A stretch of 64,000 nucleotides of DNA from a virus, in IMG/VR virus record IMGVR_UViG_3300021440_000014, positions 108,011-172,010 of that record, one strand, 5' to 3'. Position numbers and translations under genes: made by a program. Positions within the stretch are counted from its first letter, which is position 1. Every line of letters starts with the position of its first letter. Positions 30,884 through 40,703 of this stretch are shown here, piece by piece. The notes below the pieces were generated by a model, which made no database searches, was not told the origin of the DNA, and was given only the letters and a program-made list of their open reading frames with translations.

Positions 30884-32349
30884 TTTTTAATTATAAAACT
30901 CTACTTCAACCCCAAGCTTCTTAAAATTGTTCTTAATGGCTTTTTCTTTTTGTTCATCTGAGGTATTCTCGTTATCATTAATTTCCATTAAACGATTTGC
31001 AATTTTCGAATTTCCATTTAGACTGCACAGTTCAGGAAGCATATAAGCTTCGTTCTCTTTAACTAGGTCCGAAGGCTCGTATTTATTTTCAATATATTTT
31101 TTATTAATTCCTCGCGCCAATGAGTAAAACCCAAGGCAGCATTTCATACCTTTGCAGTCCAACAGTTCCGCTTCATAGCTAAAATCAGTATGCTTACCTT
31201 TTTGGAAGCGCATCCACTCTTTACGGTTAATTCTAAATTTCTTAATTGGAGATTTTTTCATATAGTAGAGATTAACACATTTTTGAAGAATGTCAATTCG
31301 ATTCTCTATAGGGCGCAAACTGTAATTTGTTAGATTCAAATTTTAAATAATTAGAGTATTTTGAAATACCCAAATCAACAGTAACAGAATTAAAAGTATT
31401 GGCAGTTTCTTTACTTTCTAAAACTTCCATTCTTTTTTCCATTTCCCTAATTAAAGCCTTATTTATCCAATTCATTTCTATTAAAATGTAGGTAGAAGAA
31501 GCAAAAACTAATAAAGCCATTAAACTTAATGAAGTTTCGTATTTTATCATATTGACATTATCTATATTTTATCCATAAAGTCAATAAAAAACGGCAGATT
31601 TCTCTGCCGTTCGCTAATATAATTGAATTTGCTATTATCTAAATTTATAATCTACATTAATCGCAATATAATTATTTTTGCCTGTTACGTTTTGCGGCGT
31701 ATTGTAATTAATAAATGGAGAATCACTATATCCAGTATAAGAAATAAATCTCATTCTTGGCGAAGCGGCAGTGTTTAAATGAGAGCCGGAATGTAGAATT
31801 TTAGTTCCTATCTCGAAAAAGAGAGAATCTCCATCATTCGCCATTCCTGTTCCTACAATCCCATTAAAGTATTGTAGTCTATAGCCCTGAGAATCATATT
31901 TTGAAAAATGAGAGGTATCACTCTGATCGCCAGAATACAAAACTTTTCTTAAATTTCCGCTCTGGTCGCAAACTTTAATAACTAAAGAATTACAGTGCCC
32001 GCTATTTATACCTGTTGGGCCTTTTGGAATGAAATATCCAGTAAAAATACCAGAATTCAAAAATTGAGAGCCGCTAAATACTTTATTGTATTTAAATACT
32101 GATGCAATTATCCTTTTATTAATGTCCTGCCCTGTATTTACAGGATGAAAAATTAACCTCTCAACTCCCGTTGTCGTCGATGGACTTGAATAGCAATCGT
32201 ATTTTAAGTTTGCTCCACCTGTGTAATACCAAAAGCTGTTTGGCGCAGAATAATTTTCATTTCCGCTTATTAGATTTTCGGAAAAATATATTTTAGTGCT
32301 CATATCACTAATTAATACACTAACTCTTGAGTTTTATTCGTTTTTTTAA

Positions 32350-32424
32350 TGGCAGGCATGAAAGGACTTGCACCTTTTTATAATCGCTTCAGAGGCGATC
32401 CGATAACTATTCTCGCACATGCCA
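32350..32424 (-). tRNA. tRNA-Gln (CTG)
   Basis: ATCGC-CTCTGAA-GCGAT; GCCA. Confidence 0.85.
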
Positions 32425-34160
32425 ATCAAAAATTCTTCAAATAAGGTTTAATATGTTTTGGTGTTTTCTGGTTTATTAATTTAGGATTCGTTTCCAAAAT
32501 TAACTTTTGCCCACTTTTAGTTTTCTTGAGCTTTTTAAGAATTACTTCTGCTGTTAAATCGCACCCATCAATATGGATTTTACTTCCCTTTCTGTCGCTC
32601 GGATCTAATAACTGCATTGTTCGGGCGGCTCTATACAATTGATTCATCGCCCAATTTAGTAATTCTTCGTCATTCATAATTCACCTCAATATATTTAACA
32701 CCAATCCGTTTTCCCTGTCAGCATATCCTTTAGTCTTTTCGCTGACTCTGCCGCGTCTTCTCTGGTTGGAATCCTTAGTCCAGCAAAGATACTTCCCTCT
32801 GGAAATGGCGTTAATCCTTCGTAAGGATTTTCTTCTGGAATATGAATCGGCTCCTTAGTAACCGAATCAATAAGTATTGTCTTATGTGTTTTCATTTTTA
32901 CTCTCTATTTTAACGCATTCGTATTTGTCTGTTAGTAAGCTAGTTATATTTGAAATTAACTCTGAGCGAACAACCCATTCATCAATTTCAATTCCGCTAG
33001 GTGGGTTTTTTATAAAGTCTGCCTCAACAATCTGCGCAGCCTCAATAACAGAATCCGCCAAGATTCTATAATTCATTCTCTCTATCTTGCTTATATCTTT
33101 AGAACATATTTTATCTGTTTCCACGATATATAACCCAAAACTTTTGCTATATTTATATTCTTTCGTAAATCAAATACTATAATCTTCTCCTTTAAATTGG
33201 TAATCTTTAATAAACTCAACCACTGAAGGTTCCAGTTCTACTCTATGACATATAGGATAAGAATACTCTATATTATGAGATTTTACCCCATTGAATACTA
33301 ATTTTTTTCCCTTGTCATTAGTTTTCATGTATCTATAGATTTCGTTTATCCATCTTTTACATCTTTCGACTTTATCAGAAGAATTCGCAAACTGAATCCA
33401 ATTTTCCCCATGATTTACTCCATAACCCTCGGAAAGGCATTCAAACACTCCTTGTAAATACGCGATTTTCTTTTCAATCGTATCGAAAAACTCTTCTTTG
33501 AGTTTACCAGTTATACGTCCTGCCGTAAATCCTTCTCGGCCCGGTGGACTCCAATTAAATATATCGTAGTAATCTGGCTTTTCTTTACTGTTATCATGGA
33601 AAGGAGTATCGTAAAAATCTCCCGCCTGAGCCGCTGATTTGATTGCTTTGACATTCATAAATTAGAAACACCCAACCTTAATCACGTTTAATAAGGTAGT
33701 CAGTCATTTCTGCTTCGGTGGTGCGGCTGTTAGAGTCCCGTCCGGGGTAGTTGTTAAACTTAGTCTTCATTCTAAATATATCATATTGAAGAAAGCCAAT
33801 TATTAGCCACATTATGATTAATAAAATTACTAATACTTTAAATTTTAGATCTTTCATGTTAAATTAATTACCAAACATTCGTCGCCGCATATTTTCTATA
33901 TTGTTATTCAAGCGGTTGCGGTTTCTCGCATTCTTGTCCACCCTCAACAGGGGATTGTTTGGTAAAATTACTTTTTATTGCCTCCTCCCAAAAACAACAA
34001 TAAAATTTATTTAAATCCTTTTTAAAAGGATCTCTATGGTTAATTATTCCCATGTCACATGCGTTTGTTCCGTTTTTGAAATAAACCCTAAACTTGCAAT
34101 TAGTGCAATTCTTGTCCATTAATTTAATATAGATTATATTTTATATATGTCAAGTTAAAT

Positions 34161-34241
34161 TGGCCCCGGCGATAGGATTTTCACCTACATTTTCAGATAA
34201 TTACGATTAAAACCTTCAAAGGGTTCCTCGTCTACACCGGA
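34161..34241 (-). tRNA. rewired tRNA-Gln (TTG), D-arm displaced
   Basis: TCCGGTG/CGCCGGG-GCCA; GAACC-CTTTGAA-GGTTT; T-arm. Confidence 0.7.
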
Positions 34242-34310
34242 TTTGATCATTCGCCCTGCTCACACACGTAAACTTACAAACTGGCAATACAGCTTAGGGC
34301 TACTAAAATG

Positions 34311-34382
34311 TGGGTTAGTTCGGTACTGCCCCGAACTCTCTCAGCTTAAGAGGCTGGACTTCGCTTTCAAAGTTTCTAACCC
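34311..34382 (-). tRNA. tRNA-Lys (CTT)
   Basis: CAGC-CTCTTAA-GCTG; GGGTTAG/CTAACCC. Confidence 0.8.
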
Positions 34383-34414
34383 ATGAAAAAATTAGTGAGA
34401 GGAATTGAAAAATC

Positions 34415-34465
34415 AAGATGCTATTCCGCCCCCTCTCAGGGATTTTTATTAACTGTAGGCGTCTT
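34415..34465 (-). ncRNA. AGA-N6-CAG scaffold RNA, copy 3
   Basis: AAGACGC/GCATCTT stem, ACAGT. Confidence 0.6.
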
Positions 34466-34470
34466 TAAAG

Positions 34471-34551
34471 TGGTGGGCAAGGAGGGATTTGAACCCTCAT
34501 TTTATTCCAATTATGCACCCATCGCTTAGAAGGCGCGGCCATTACAAGCCC
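34471..34551 (-). tRNA. rewired tRNA-Arg (TCT), D-arm displaced
   Basis: CGC-CTTCTAA-GCG; AATTGGA after the anticodon arm; TTCAAAT T-loop; ACCA. Confidence 0.7.
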
Positions 34552-34606
34552 AAAATTATGTAACTCATTTACTATGTCTTCTTTTTCTAAAATGTCAAAT
34601 TCTAAA

Positions 34607-34828
34607 AACTAGAACCAATTCTAGGTCAGCCCTGCGCTATGGGTGCCTTGTATTGCAATACCGCTTAGTTCCCCATAGACTACTTATTAAAAAATAAGTA
34701 ATACGGGCATTCCGCCCGCCATCGGATTCTCGCACCGACCCAATCGATTTTCAACCATAATTTTCAGTCTTTCGGCTTTCGCTTCCTGATCCGTTGTGGT
34801 CTGGTCTACTCCTTTTTTGATTCTAGTT
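34607..34828 (-). ncRNA. ~220-nt structured RNA candidate
   Basis: 12-bp terminal stem AACTAGAATCAA/TTGGTTCTAGTT; several internal GC hairpins. Confidence 0.55.
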
Positions 34829-34833
34829 AAAAT

Positions 34834-34909
34834 TGGTGCTGCCGAAAGGAATCTCACCTTCAGTCTTCTCCTTCGTAGGGAGTGGCTTTAATAATTTAGC
34901 TACGACAGC
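34834..34909 (-). tRNA. tRNA-Arg (ACG)
   Basis: CTCC-CTACGAA-GGAG; ACCA. Confidence 0.85.
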
Positions 34910-34923
34910 ATTAAATAGTTTTC

Positions 34924-35018
34924 TGAGGATTTCACAAGGCGATATCCAACGGGGTTCTACCGTCTTTTAAGCTCGCTCAGTTCCCCTTTTTCCTGCGGTA
35001 ATTAAGGAGTCTATCTCA
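34924..35018 (-). ncRNA. ATAGAC...GTGAAATC motif RNA, copy A
   Basis: TGAG-ATAGAC ... GTGAAATC-CTCA. Confidence 0.55.
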
Positions 35019-35257
35019 TTCCACTAGGTTAACCGAAATTTTATTATTGACTTATCATCCAATCTGGTATTGAATCTTCATTTGTCATTAGCCAAGCAAA
35101 ATCCTCTTCAAAAGAGTATAGGTAATTTTGATTTAATGTCCTGTGCTTGGCTCTAAAAACTGTTCTTCCTTTATGTAAAAACGGCTTACCTCTAAACTCA
35201 AGACAGAGGAACCTTTGTTTTATTTCCTCTGAGATGTTATTGTTCATAAATTTAAAT

Positions 35258-35337
35258 TGGTGCATCTGATAGGATTTGAACCTACATTATTCCAATTATA
35301 CGCTAAACTCTTTAGGAAAGAGTGCTATTACAGATGC
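35258..35337 (-). tRNA. rewired tRNA-Arg (CCT), D-arm displaced
   Basis: GCATCTG/CAGATGC-ACCA; ACTCT-TTCCTAA-AGAGT; AATTGGA after the anticodon arm. Confidence 0.75.
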
Positions 35338-35341
35338 ATTT

Positions 35342-35418
35342 TGGTTCGGGATACACAGCCTTTCACTGTTGCACAACGTAGTCATGAGCTACGGCGTCTA
35401 TACTTGCGCCAATCCCAA
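35342..35418 (-). tRNA. atypical tRNA (CAT)
   Basis: CGTAG-CTCATGA-CTACG; irregular T-arm; ACCA. Confidence 0.55.
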
Positions 35419-35842
35419 ATTATTTTAAACTATTATGCAAAGATTTTTCTACCCATTTAGGAGAAGCATCTAATACGTCTTGTATTTCGCTTTTCACTAA
35501 GAGTTCATCTTTTATATCCTCGCTCCACATTTTGATAGTTAGATTAACTAAACTTTTGCCCCATATAGCCCTTTGAACTGTTATAGGATCTTTGCAGGTA
35601 ACTTCTTTTACTACAGACCTACCGTAAGTATCATAAAGATAATAACATTCTTTTGGATCAAGTCCATTAGAATCTAACTTAAAGTAACACATGCATAGAT
35701 AATGTCTTACTTCTTTCTCTGTATATTTCATTAAATAGTTCCACTCTTCTTCAAATTTTTGAGAGAACTCTTTTGGTATTTTTATATTGCGTTTAGCTGT
35801 GTCATATTTTCTTACTCCTGTTTTTTTTTGTTTTTACTAAAT

Positions 35843-35930
35843 TGGTGGTGCCGGTTGGATCTGCCCCAACTATTCCATAAGAATTACGAGATTTACAGTC
35901 TCGCGCCTGATCTAATTTGGCTTCGTCACC
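35843..35930 (-). tRNA. tRNA-Tyr (GTA)
   Basis: CGAGA-CTGTAAA-TCTCG; long variable arm; ACCA. Confidence 0.85.
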
Positions 35931-36265
35931 TTAAAATAAATTCGAACAAGAAACCCCTCTGATGTCCATAGGCGTAATGTCACATACTCATTTCTTGTTC
36001 TCAACACTTAACTTCTCCATTCTTACTCCCGCCACTTCAGTTTGGCCCTATTTAAGTGTTTTAAATTACTTGGAAATCTAAATGCATTTTAAAGGATACT
36101 TTTAGTTCCGTAGGTATCCAACCATCTAATACTTTAATTTGAGATAAAGAATACGTTGTATAAAAAACTTCTCCATAAGTTAGAAAAGATTTGTCTTCCA
36201 CTATTTTTCCTGTTAAAGTTTTGAATTTATTGTCTTTTTTTAGAGTATACCACATATTTTTAAAA

Positions 36266-36333
36266 TGGAGCCACACACGATATCGCAATCGTCACGCCTT
36301 ATTACGAGTAAGGACTAGGTGCTTACGTGCGGC
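36266..36333 (-). tRNA. degenerate tRNA-Thr (CGT)
   Basis: CCTTA-CTCGTAA-TAAGG; poor D-arm; TCCA. Confidence 0.55.
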
Positions 36334-36399
36334 AGAAGAGGATCTGAAAATTAATTCAGTTTACAATGATTGGACCCATGTTTTCTTGACCTCTTTAAA

Positions 36400-36475
36400 T
36401 GGCGAGCTATGAGGGAGTCCCACCCTCTTAATTTCCGCAGACAACGGAATGATTCCAGTCTTCATCTTATAGCCC
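36400..36475 (-). tRNA. tRNA-Asp (GTC)
   Basis: TTCCG-TTGTCTG-CGGAA; GCCA. Confidence 0.8.
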
Positions 36476-37120
36476 ATAAATTTTATTACTTAACTAACTA
36501 ATCTCAAGTGTTTTAAAGTCATAAAAACAAAATGTAACGTCTTTAACCTCATCAATAGACGTTAGATGATGATAAAACCTTTTATCTGATTCTTTTGATT
36601 TTTCTCTTACATAATTTAGATGAAAGACCTTTCCGCATACGGTATATATTTCCGTAACTAAATCTTCTCTCCATATTATGTTTTTAACTTCATACTTCAT
36701 ACATATTAGATTATCTAATCGCTTTTTGCCTCACGTTATTGTTAACGTCTATATCCATTCGCGTTTTGGATTCGATGTAAATTATTCTTTATCTAAAATA
36801 AAACTCTCTTCTTCGTTTTTACCAACAAACTCAATACAATCATTCAGTAATTCAATTAGTTGCTCTTTCTTAAGCTTTAATGTAACCCATCCATTCAAAT
36901 GTTTTGTATCTATGGCTAATACTGTTATTTTACAGCCGTCTTGCTCTTCGAAATCTAATAAAGCCGCCGTTACGAATCCAGATAAACCAAAGCTTTTAGA
37001 ATTTTTATTAAATAATAAACCCATTCCTCTCAATTGCTCGAAGCTCTCAAAAGAGTTGATTATATCTGATATTTTCTTTTTTTTCATGTAAAAGATTACT
37101 ACATTTTTTTAAAAAAATCA

Positions 37121-37224
37121 AGAGGATTTCACACGTAGTTCCTAATTCAGCGTCCGGTTACGCTCCGAATCTTCTGAGCCGCGCCAGCTTGCTTCTATCA
37201 CAACCCGCTAGTTAGTCTATCTCT
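37121..37224 (-). ncRNA. ATAGAC...GTGAAATC motif RNA, copy B (tRNA-like cargo)
   Basis: AGAG-ATAGAC ... GTGAAATC-CTCT; internal TTCGG-AGCGTAA-CCGGA T-arm. Confidence 0.55.
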
Positions 37225-37490
37225 CATTTCTAGAAATATTCCTGCGCTGTTTTTACGCCGACAGGTAGCGGCTTGGGATCACTTCTACCAAGCTCATGGA
37301 CTTCATGAATATTACATTGTCCACTTTTTCAACCGATTTCACGGTTAAGATTTTTAAATTCTATTAGACAGATGGACCTCGAACCCATTTCGACACATAT
37401 CGAACAGCCAGCCTTGCTGTCTAAAATTAATTTGCTCCTCAGTGCTTGCTTTTGCACGTTGCCGCTTTTGACTTGGAGCATTTAGCTAAA

Positions 37491-37577
37491 TGGCGGATAA
37501 GTTAGGTGCTGCCCCCAATTCCCGTAGGAACGATGAGTTTTCAAGACTCTCACGAAAGCTGTTTCGTTTACTTATCC
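37491..37577 (-). tRNA. tRNA-Ser (TGA)
   Basis: GAGT-CTTGAAA-ACTC; long variable arm; GCCA. Confidence 0.85.
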
Positions 37578-38332
37578 TTTAAAATTTTATATCTTTTTTG
37601 CCAAAAGCCGGGATAAAACCATTTTATACCAAGACTTTTTAAATGCTTTCTTAATCCTGTATGGCTACAACCTAATTCATCCTTTATTTTTTCCAAGGAT
37701 TTTTCTTGAACCATTTTTTCTAAAATTTCCTTATCTGGCCAATTAATAATCTTTTGAATTTTACGAGTCTCTATCCCTTCGGCTATTAATCTTTTCATAA
37801 CTCCAGAAGGAGAACATCCAACAATTTTCGCAATTTGTATGGTAGATTTCTTTTGTATTAAATATAAATCTTTAAGATCAAATTTAGACCAATCGTATTT
37901 GCCTTTCAAACTCAAAGCGCAAAACGTAGAACAAGTTTTATTCCAAAAAGGTTTTTCTTTATTACAAATAGGACAATTATTTATCATTGACTTAGATTTA
38001 TCAATTAATTCTATCCTTTTGTAGTCTACAAAAGATTCATTAAATCTACTTATGGAATCTGGAATAATTCTTAAATTATCGTGGACTTCTCTATGACAAT
38101 TAGAACATAATAATACGCATTTTCTTAATTCTATTACTAAATCTTGCCAATTTTTAGGGTTTGCTCTTATAGAACCAAAGCTAAACTCTTTTTCGCTGGG
38201 ATCTAAATGATGTAGTTCTAATGCGTTATTACATTTATTATAATCACAAGTTCCGCATTTACCGCCAAATGCATCTATTATTCTTTGTTTGCTTCTTTTA
38301 CGCCAATTTTTAACATCTTCCGCTCTGCTCAT
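37568..38332 (-). CDS. HNH endonuclease inserted in the tRNA array
   Basis: GGKC..C.Y, ALELHHLDP, KCVLLCSNCHREVH; C-terminal HTH-like repeats. Confidence 0.85.
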   Translation of the reverse strand: MSRAEDVKNWRKRSKQRIIDAFGGKCGTCDYNKCNNALELHHLDPSEKEFSFGSIRANPKNWQDLVIELRKCVLLCSNCHREVHDNLRIIPDSISRFNESFVDYKRIELIDKSKSMINNCPICNKEKPFWNKTCSTFCALSLKGKYDWSKFDLKDLYLIQKKSTIQIAKIVGCSPSGVMKRLIAEGIETRKIQKIINWPDKEILEKMVQEKSLEKIKDELGCSHTGLRKHLKSLGIKWFYPGFWQKRYKILKDK

Positions 38333-38368
38333 ACTTTATGTTACACTTATCATGTAACATATAGAAAT

Positions 38369-38444
38369 TGGCTGCTAGAACTGGATTCAAACCAGTATCG
38401 ACGATCTTAACAGGATCGGGAATTATCAATTATTCGATCTAGCA
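38369..38444 (-). tRNA. tRNA-Asn (GTT)
   Basis: CGATC-CTGTTAA-GATCG; GCCA. Confidence 0.85.
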
Positions 38445-38451
38445 TTTAAAT

Positions 38452-38531
38452 TGGTGCAAGTGGTGGGTAACGCTCCCACACGAATAGTCTGGTTAAAAGC
38501 CAGTTGGACGTACTTTGGTACCTTCACTTGC
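38452..38531 (-). tRNA. tRNA-Lys (TTT)
   Basis: CTGG-CTTTTAA-CCAG; GCAAGTG/CACTTGC-ACCA. Confidence 0.8.
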
Positions 38532-38600
38532 ATAAATAACATGAATGTTTTGAAGTCCGTCTAAACTTCGTCGGACGGGACACATTATCATTCACTAAAA

Positions 38601-38674
38601 TGGTAGCCTATGCCGGTAACGCTCCGACGAAGCAATCTTATCAGGATTGTATTATACTTTTTAATTAATAGGCT
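38601..38674 (-). tRNA. tRNA-Ile (GAT)
   Basis: CAATC-CTGATAA-GATTG; ACCA. Confidence 0.85.
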
Positions 38675-38788
38675 ATAAAAATTAATTGAGCACTAAAGCG
38701 AATACCCAAAAGGTCTAACTTTAGAATATTCAATTGGAGAGACTCGTCCTTCATTAGCCGCCGCCTTCGATGGGCACGTTGCTCAAAT

Positions 38789-38874
38789 TGGTAGCCGTAA
38801 AAGGACTTGCACCTTCAAGTATTAGAAGATTTTAAGTCTCCCGGTTCTTCGTTTCCCTTTCAATACATACGGCC
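38789..38874 (-). tRNA. rewired tRNA-Leu (TAA)
   Basis: GGAGA-CTTAAAA-TCTTC; 5' insert GTATTG pairs with TAATAC in the variable region. Confidence 0.75.
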
Positions 38875-39086
38875 ATTAAAGATCTAAAAGTTTCAAAGCT
38901 TTAAGAAGTAACTTACTTCCCTTTTTCTTTTTCTCTCTATCAGTCAGACTTTCTTTTAGTTTCGACTTAGGAAGATATTCGTCTCCAGCCCAATTATAAA
39001 TTTTTGCCTTTTCCCAATTTGTAGCTTCTTCTTTTAATATTTCTATAACAATCTTTTTTATTTTAACTTCTAGTTGGTTCATAAAA

Positions 39087-39170
39087 TGGTCGCCATGACA
39101 GGAATCGCACCTGCAAAACTTCAGTTTTTGAAACTGGATGCTGTCCTATTCGCAATTAAGTCACATGGCG
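39087..39170 (-). tRNA. rewired tRNA-Leu (CAA)
   Basis: CAGT-TTCAAAA-ACTG; 5' insert GACTT pairs with AAGTT. Confidence 0.75.
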
Positions 39171-39177
39171 TTTTAAA

Positions 39178-39252
39178 TGGTAGGGTTAGCCGGATCTGCC
39201 CCGCGCCTCTATAGGATGAAAGCCTATTATGCTTCTACTGCACCATAACCCC
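39178..39252 (-). tRNA. tRNA-Glu (TTC)
   Basis: ATAGG-CTTTCAT-CCTAT; ACCA. Confidence 0.8.
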
Positions 39253-39260
39253 TGAAAAAC

Positions 39261-39380
39261 TAGATACATTTTTTTGCTTGTCGGACGTTTTGCCACTAAA
39301 CTACCCACGTCAATGACGTGGACACGAATCGAACGTGCGCTTTCCGATTGGATTTGCTTTTTGTCTGCTGGATGTATCTA
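39261..39380 (-). ncRNA. AGA-N6-CAG scaffold RNA, copy 4, with YrlA-like permuted tRNA module
   Basis: TAGATACAT/ATGTATCTA; TCGGA, GCACG-TTCGATT-CGTGT, CCACGTC-ATT-GACGTGG, GTTT-AGTGGCA-AAAC, TCCGA. Confidence 0.8.
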
Positions 39381-39384
39381 AAAA

Positions 39385-39459
39385 TGGTAGCCCGTGAAGG
39401 AATCGCACCCTCTCTTCTTCCTTGTAAGGGAAGCTCGCTCCTGTTACAATCAACGGGCT
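39385..39459 (-). tRNA. tRNA-Val (TAC)
   Basis: CTTCC-CTTACAA-GGAAG; ACCA. Confidence 0.85.
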
Positions 39460-39464
39460 ATAAA

Positions 39465-39539
39465 TGGTCAGCACGAAAGGTAACGCTCCTTCTTGAACTT
39501 GATCCCAAATCAAGTGCCTCACTTTTAGGCTACGTGCTG
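39465..39539 (-). tRNA. tRNA-Pro (TGG)
   Basis: CTTGA-TTTGGGA-TCAAG; ACCA. Confidence 0.85.
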
Positions 39540-39684
39540 TATAAAGTTTCAGGTCTTTCCTTGTGTCAATCATCATCGGGTTGGTTTCCAACTTACGGAG
39601 CGATTTGCCGCTAGATGTTCTAAATTATTAGAGTATGCAGCGATTATGCTATCATACCCTTCTAAGAGTTTTTATTACTCAAGA

Positions 39685-39756
39685 TGGTGGACCTGTCGGA
39701 TACTGCCTCCGAACGAAAATCTTGCAAGGATTCCCTTATGCCTTCATAACAAGCCC
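39685..39756 (-). tRNA. tRNA-Ala (TGC)
   Basis: GAATC-CTTGCAA-GATTT; G3.U70; ACCA. Confidence 0.8.
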
Positions 39757-40064
39757 ATAAATTACTTATAACTATTTCCCAACTTCTCCCTCCAATTTTC
39801 ATTATAATTTTGATGCGCTTCACATTGAGCTTTTGCTTGCTCTAAAGTGATAGCTGGCTGTTTTTTGACAGCCTCCATTGTATCAATTAACCATTTAGGA
39901 GGAGGAGGAATCCTATTCATTAACTCTTTAAATCTTCTAAGATGTTTTCTTTTTCTTTTTTCGAAATTGATCATAAATTGTGGACTGGAAGGATACCCTA
40001 AATCCTTATTCTAGGCTTCGTAGGATTACTACGTCCTCGCTTTGGTGCAGCCCCATAAAAATTC

Positions 40065-40150
40065 GTTGGATTTCACTTTCGATGGCTCAATTGATTTCGC
40101 GTTACTCCCGCGCACCATCTGCGTTCCCTGTAGCTCTCAGGTCTATCAAC
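40065..40150 (-). ncRNA. ATAGAC...GTGAAATC motif RNA, copy C
   Basis: GTTG-ATAGAC ... GTGAAATC-CAAC. Confidence 0.55.
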
Positions 40151-40170
40151 AAGAACAAAACCTACTTCGT

Positions 40171-40239
40171 CAACAAATTGGATTTGCGCCAACTTCCTCG
40201 GCGTTTGCCGATGCTTTACTACATAAGCTATTTATGTTG
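40171..40239 (-). ncRNA. tRNA-like RNA with a 4-nt loop in place of the anticodon loop
   Basis: D-arm GCTT-ATGTAGTA-AAGC, TCGGC-AAAC-GCCGA, T-arm GTTGG-CGCAAAT-CCAAT; no CCA. Confidence 0.55.
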
Positions 40240-40331
40240 CCTTCTGTTTTTATTCTCTAAAATTGGTGGACCTTATCGCCGCCCTTGCGTCCGAATTTCA
40301 CGGAGTCTCCCCGAAGGAAGTCCTTATTAAA

Positions 40332-40422
40332 TGGCGGAAGCATAGAGAATTGCACTCCAACCGGCTTTTGACCGGACAATTTTAGCAAAATTGCGTAACA
40401 ATCTAATATTTACCTTACTTCC
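40332..40422 (-). tRNA. tRNA-Ser (GCT)
   Basis: CAATT-TTGCTAA-AATTG; long variable arm; GCCA. Confidence 0.85.
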
Positions 40423-40432
40423 AATTAAATAA

Positions 40433-40519
40433 TGGAGCCAACGACAGGTATCGCGCCTGCATACACCTTTCGGTTCTCGCTTTACAAAAGCGGTGAATTA
40501 CTTGTCTATCCACGTTGGC
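40433..40519 (-). tRNA. tRNA-Thr (TGT) with long variable arm
   Basis: CGCT-TTTGTAA-AGCG; ACC-GAAA-GGT extra arm; TCCA. Confidence 0.8.
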
Positions 40520-40526
40520 ATCAAAT

Positions 40527-40608
40527 TGGTGCTCCAACCCCGACTTGCACAGGGACGCTTTCGCACGAAGTTCTAAGCTTCGCATGTCTTCTATTTCATC
40601 ATTGGAGC
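40527..40608 (-). tRNA. tRNA-Leu (TAG)
   Basis: CGAAG-CTTAGAA-CTTCG; ACCA. Confidence 0.85.
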
Positions 40609-40615
40609 TAAAAAT

Positions 40616-40688
40616 TGGTTGCGGTCGCGAGAATTAAACTCGTCCTTAAGCTTATGAAACTTACGTGCAATCATTACACTTCCCCGCA
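40616..40688 (-). tRNA. tRNA-Met (CAT), initiator-like acceptor
   Basis: TGCGGGG 5' end; TAAGT-TTCATAA-GCTTA; AACCA. Confidence 0.75.
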
Positions 40689-40703
40689 TTTTAAAATTAA
40701 AGC

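Noticed and set aside
39310-40330. ORFs 39310-39591, 39318-39614, 39980-40330, 40042-40260
   Set aside because: They overlap tRNAs and structured RNAs; shadow frames.
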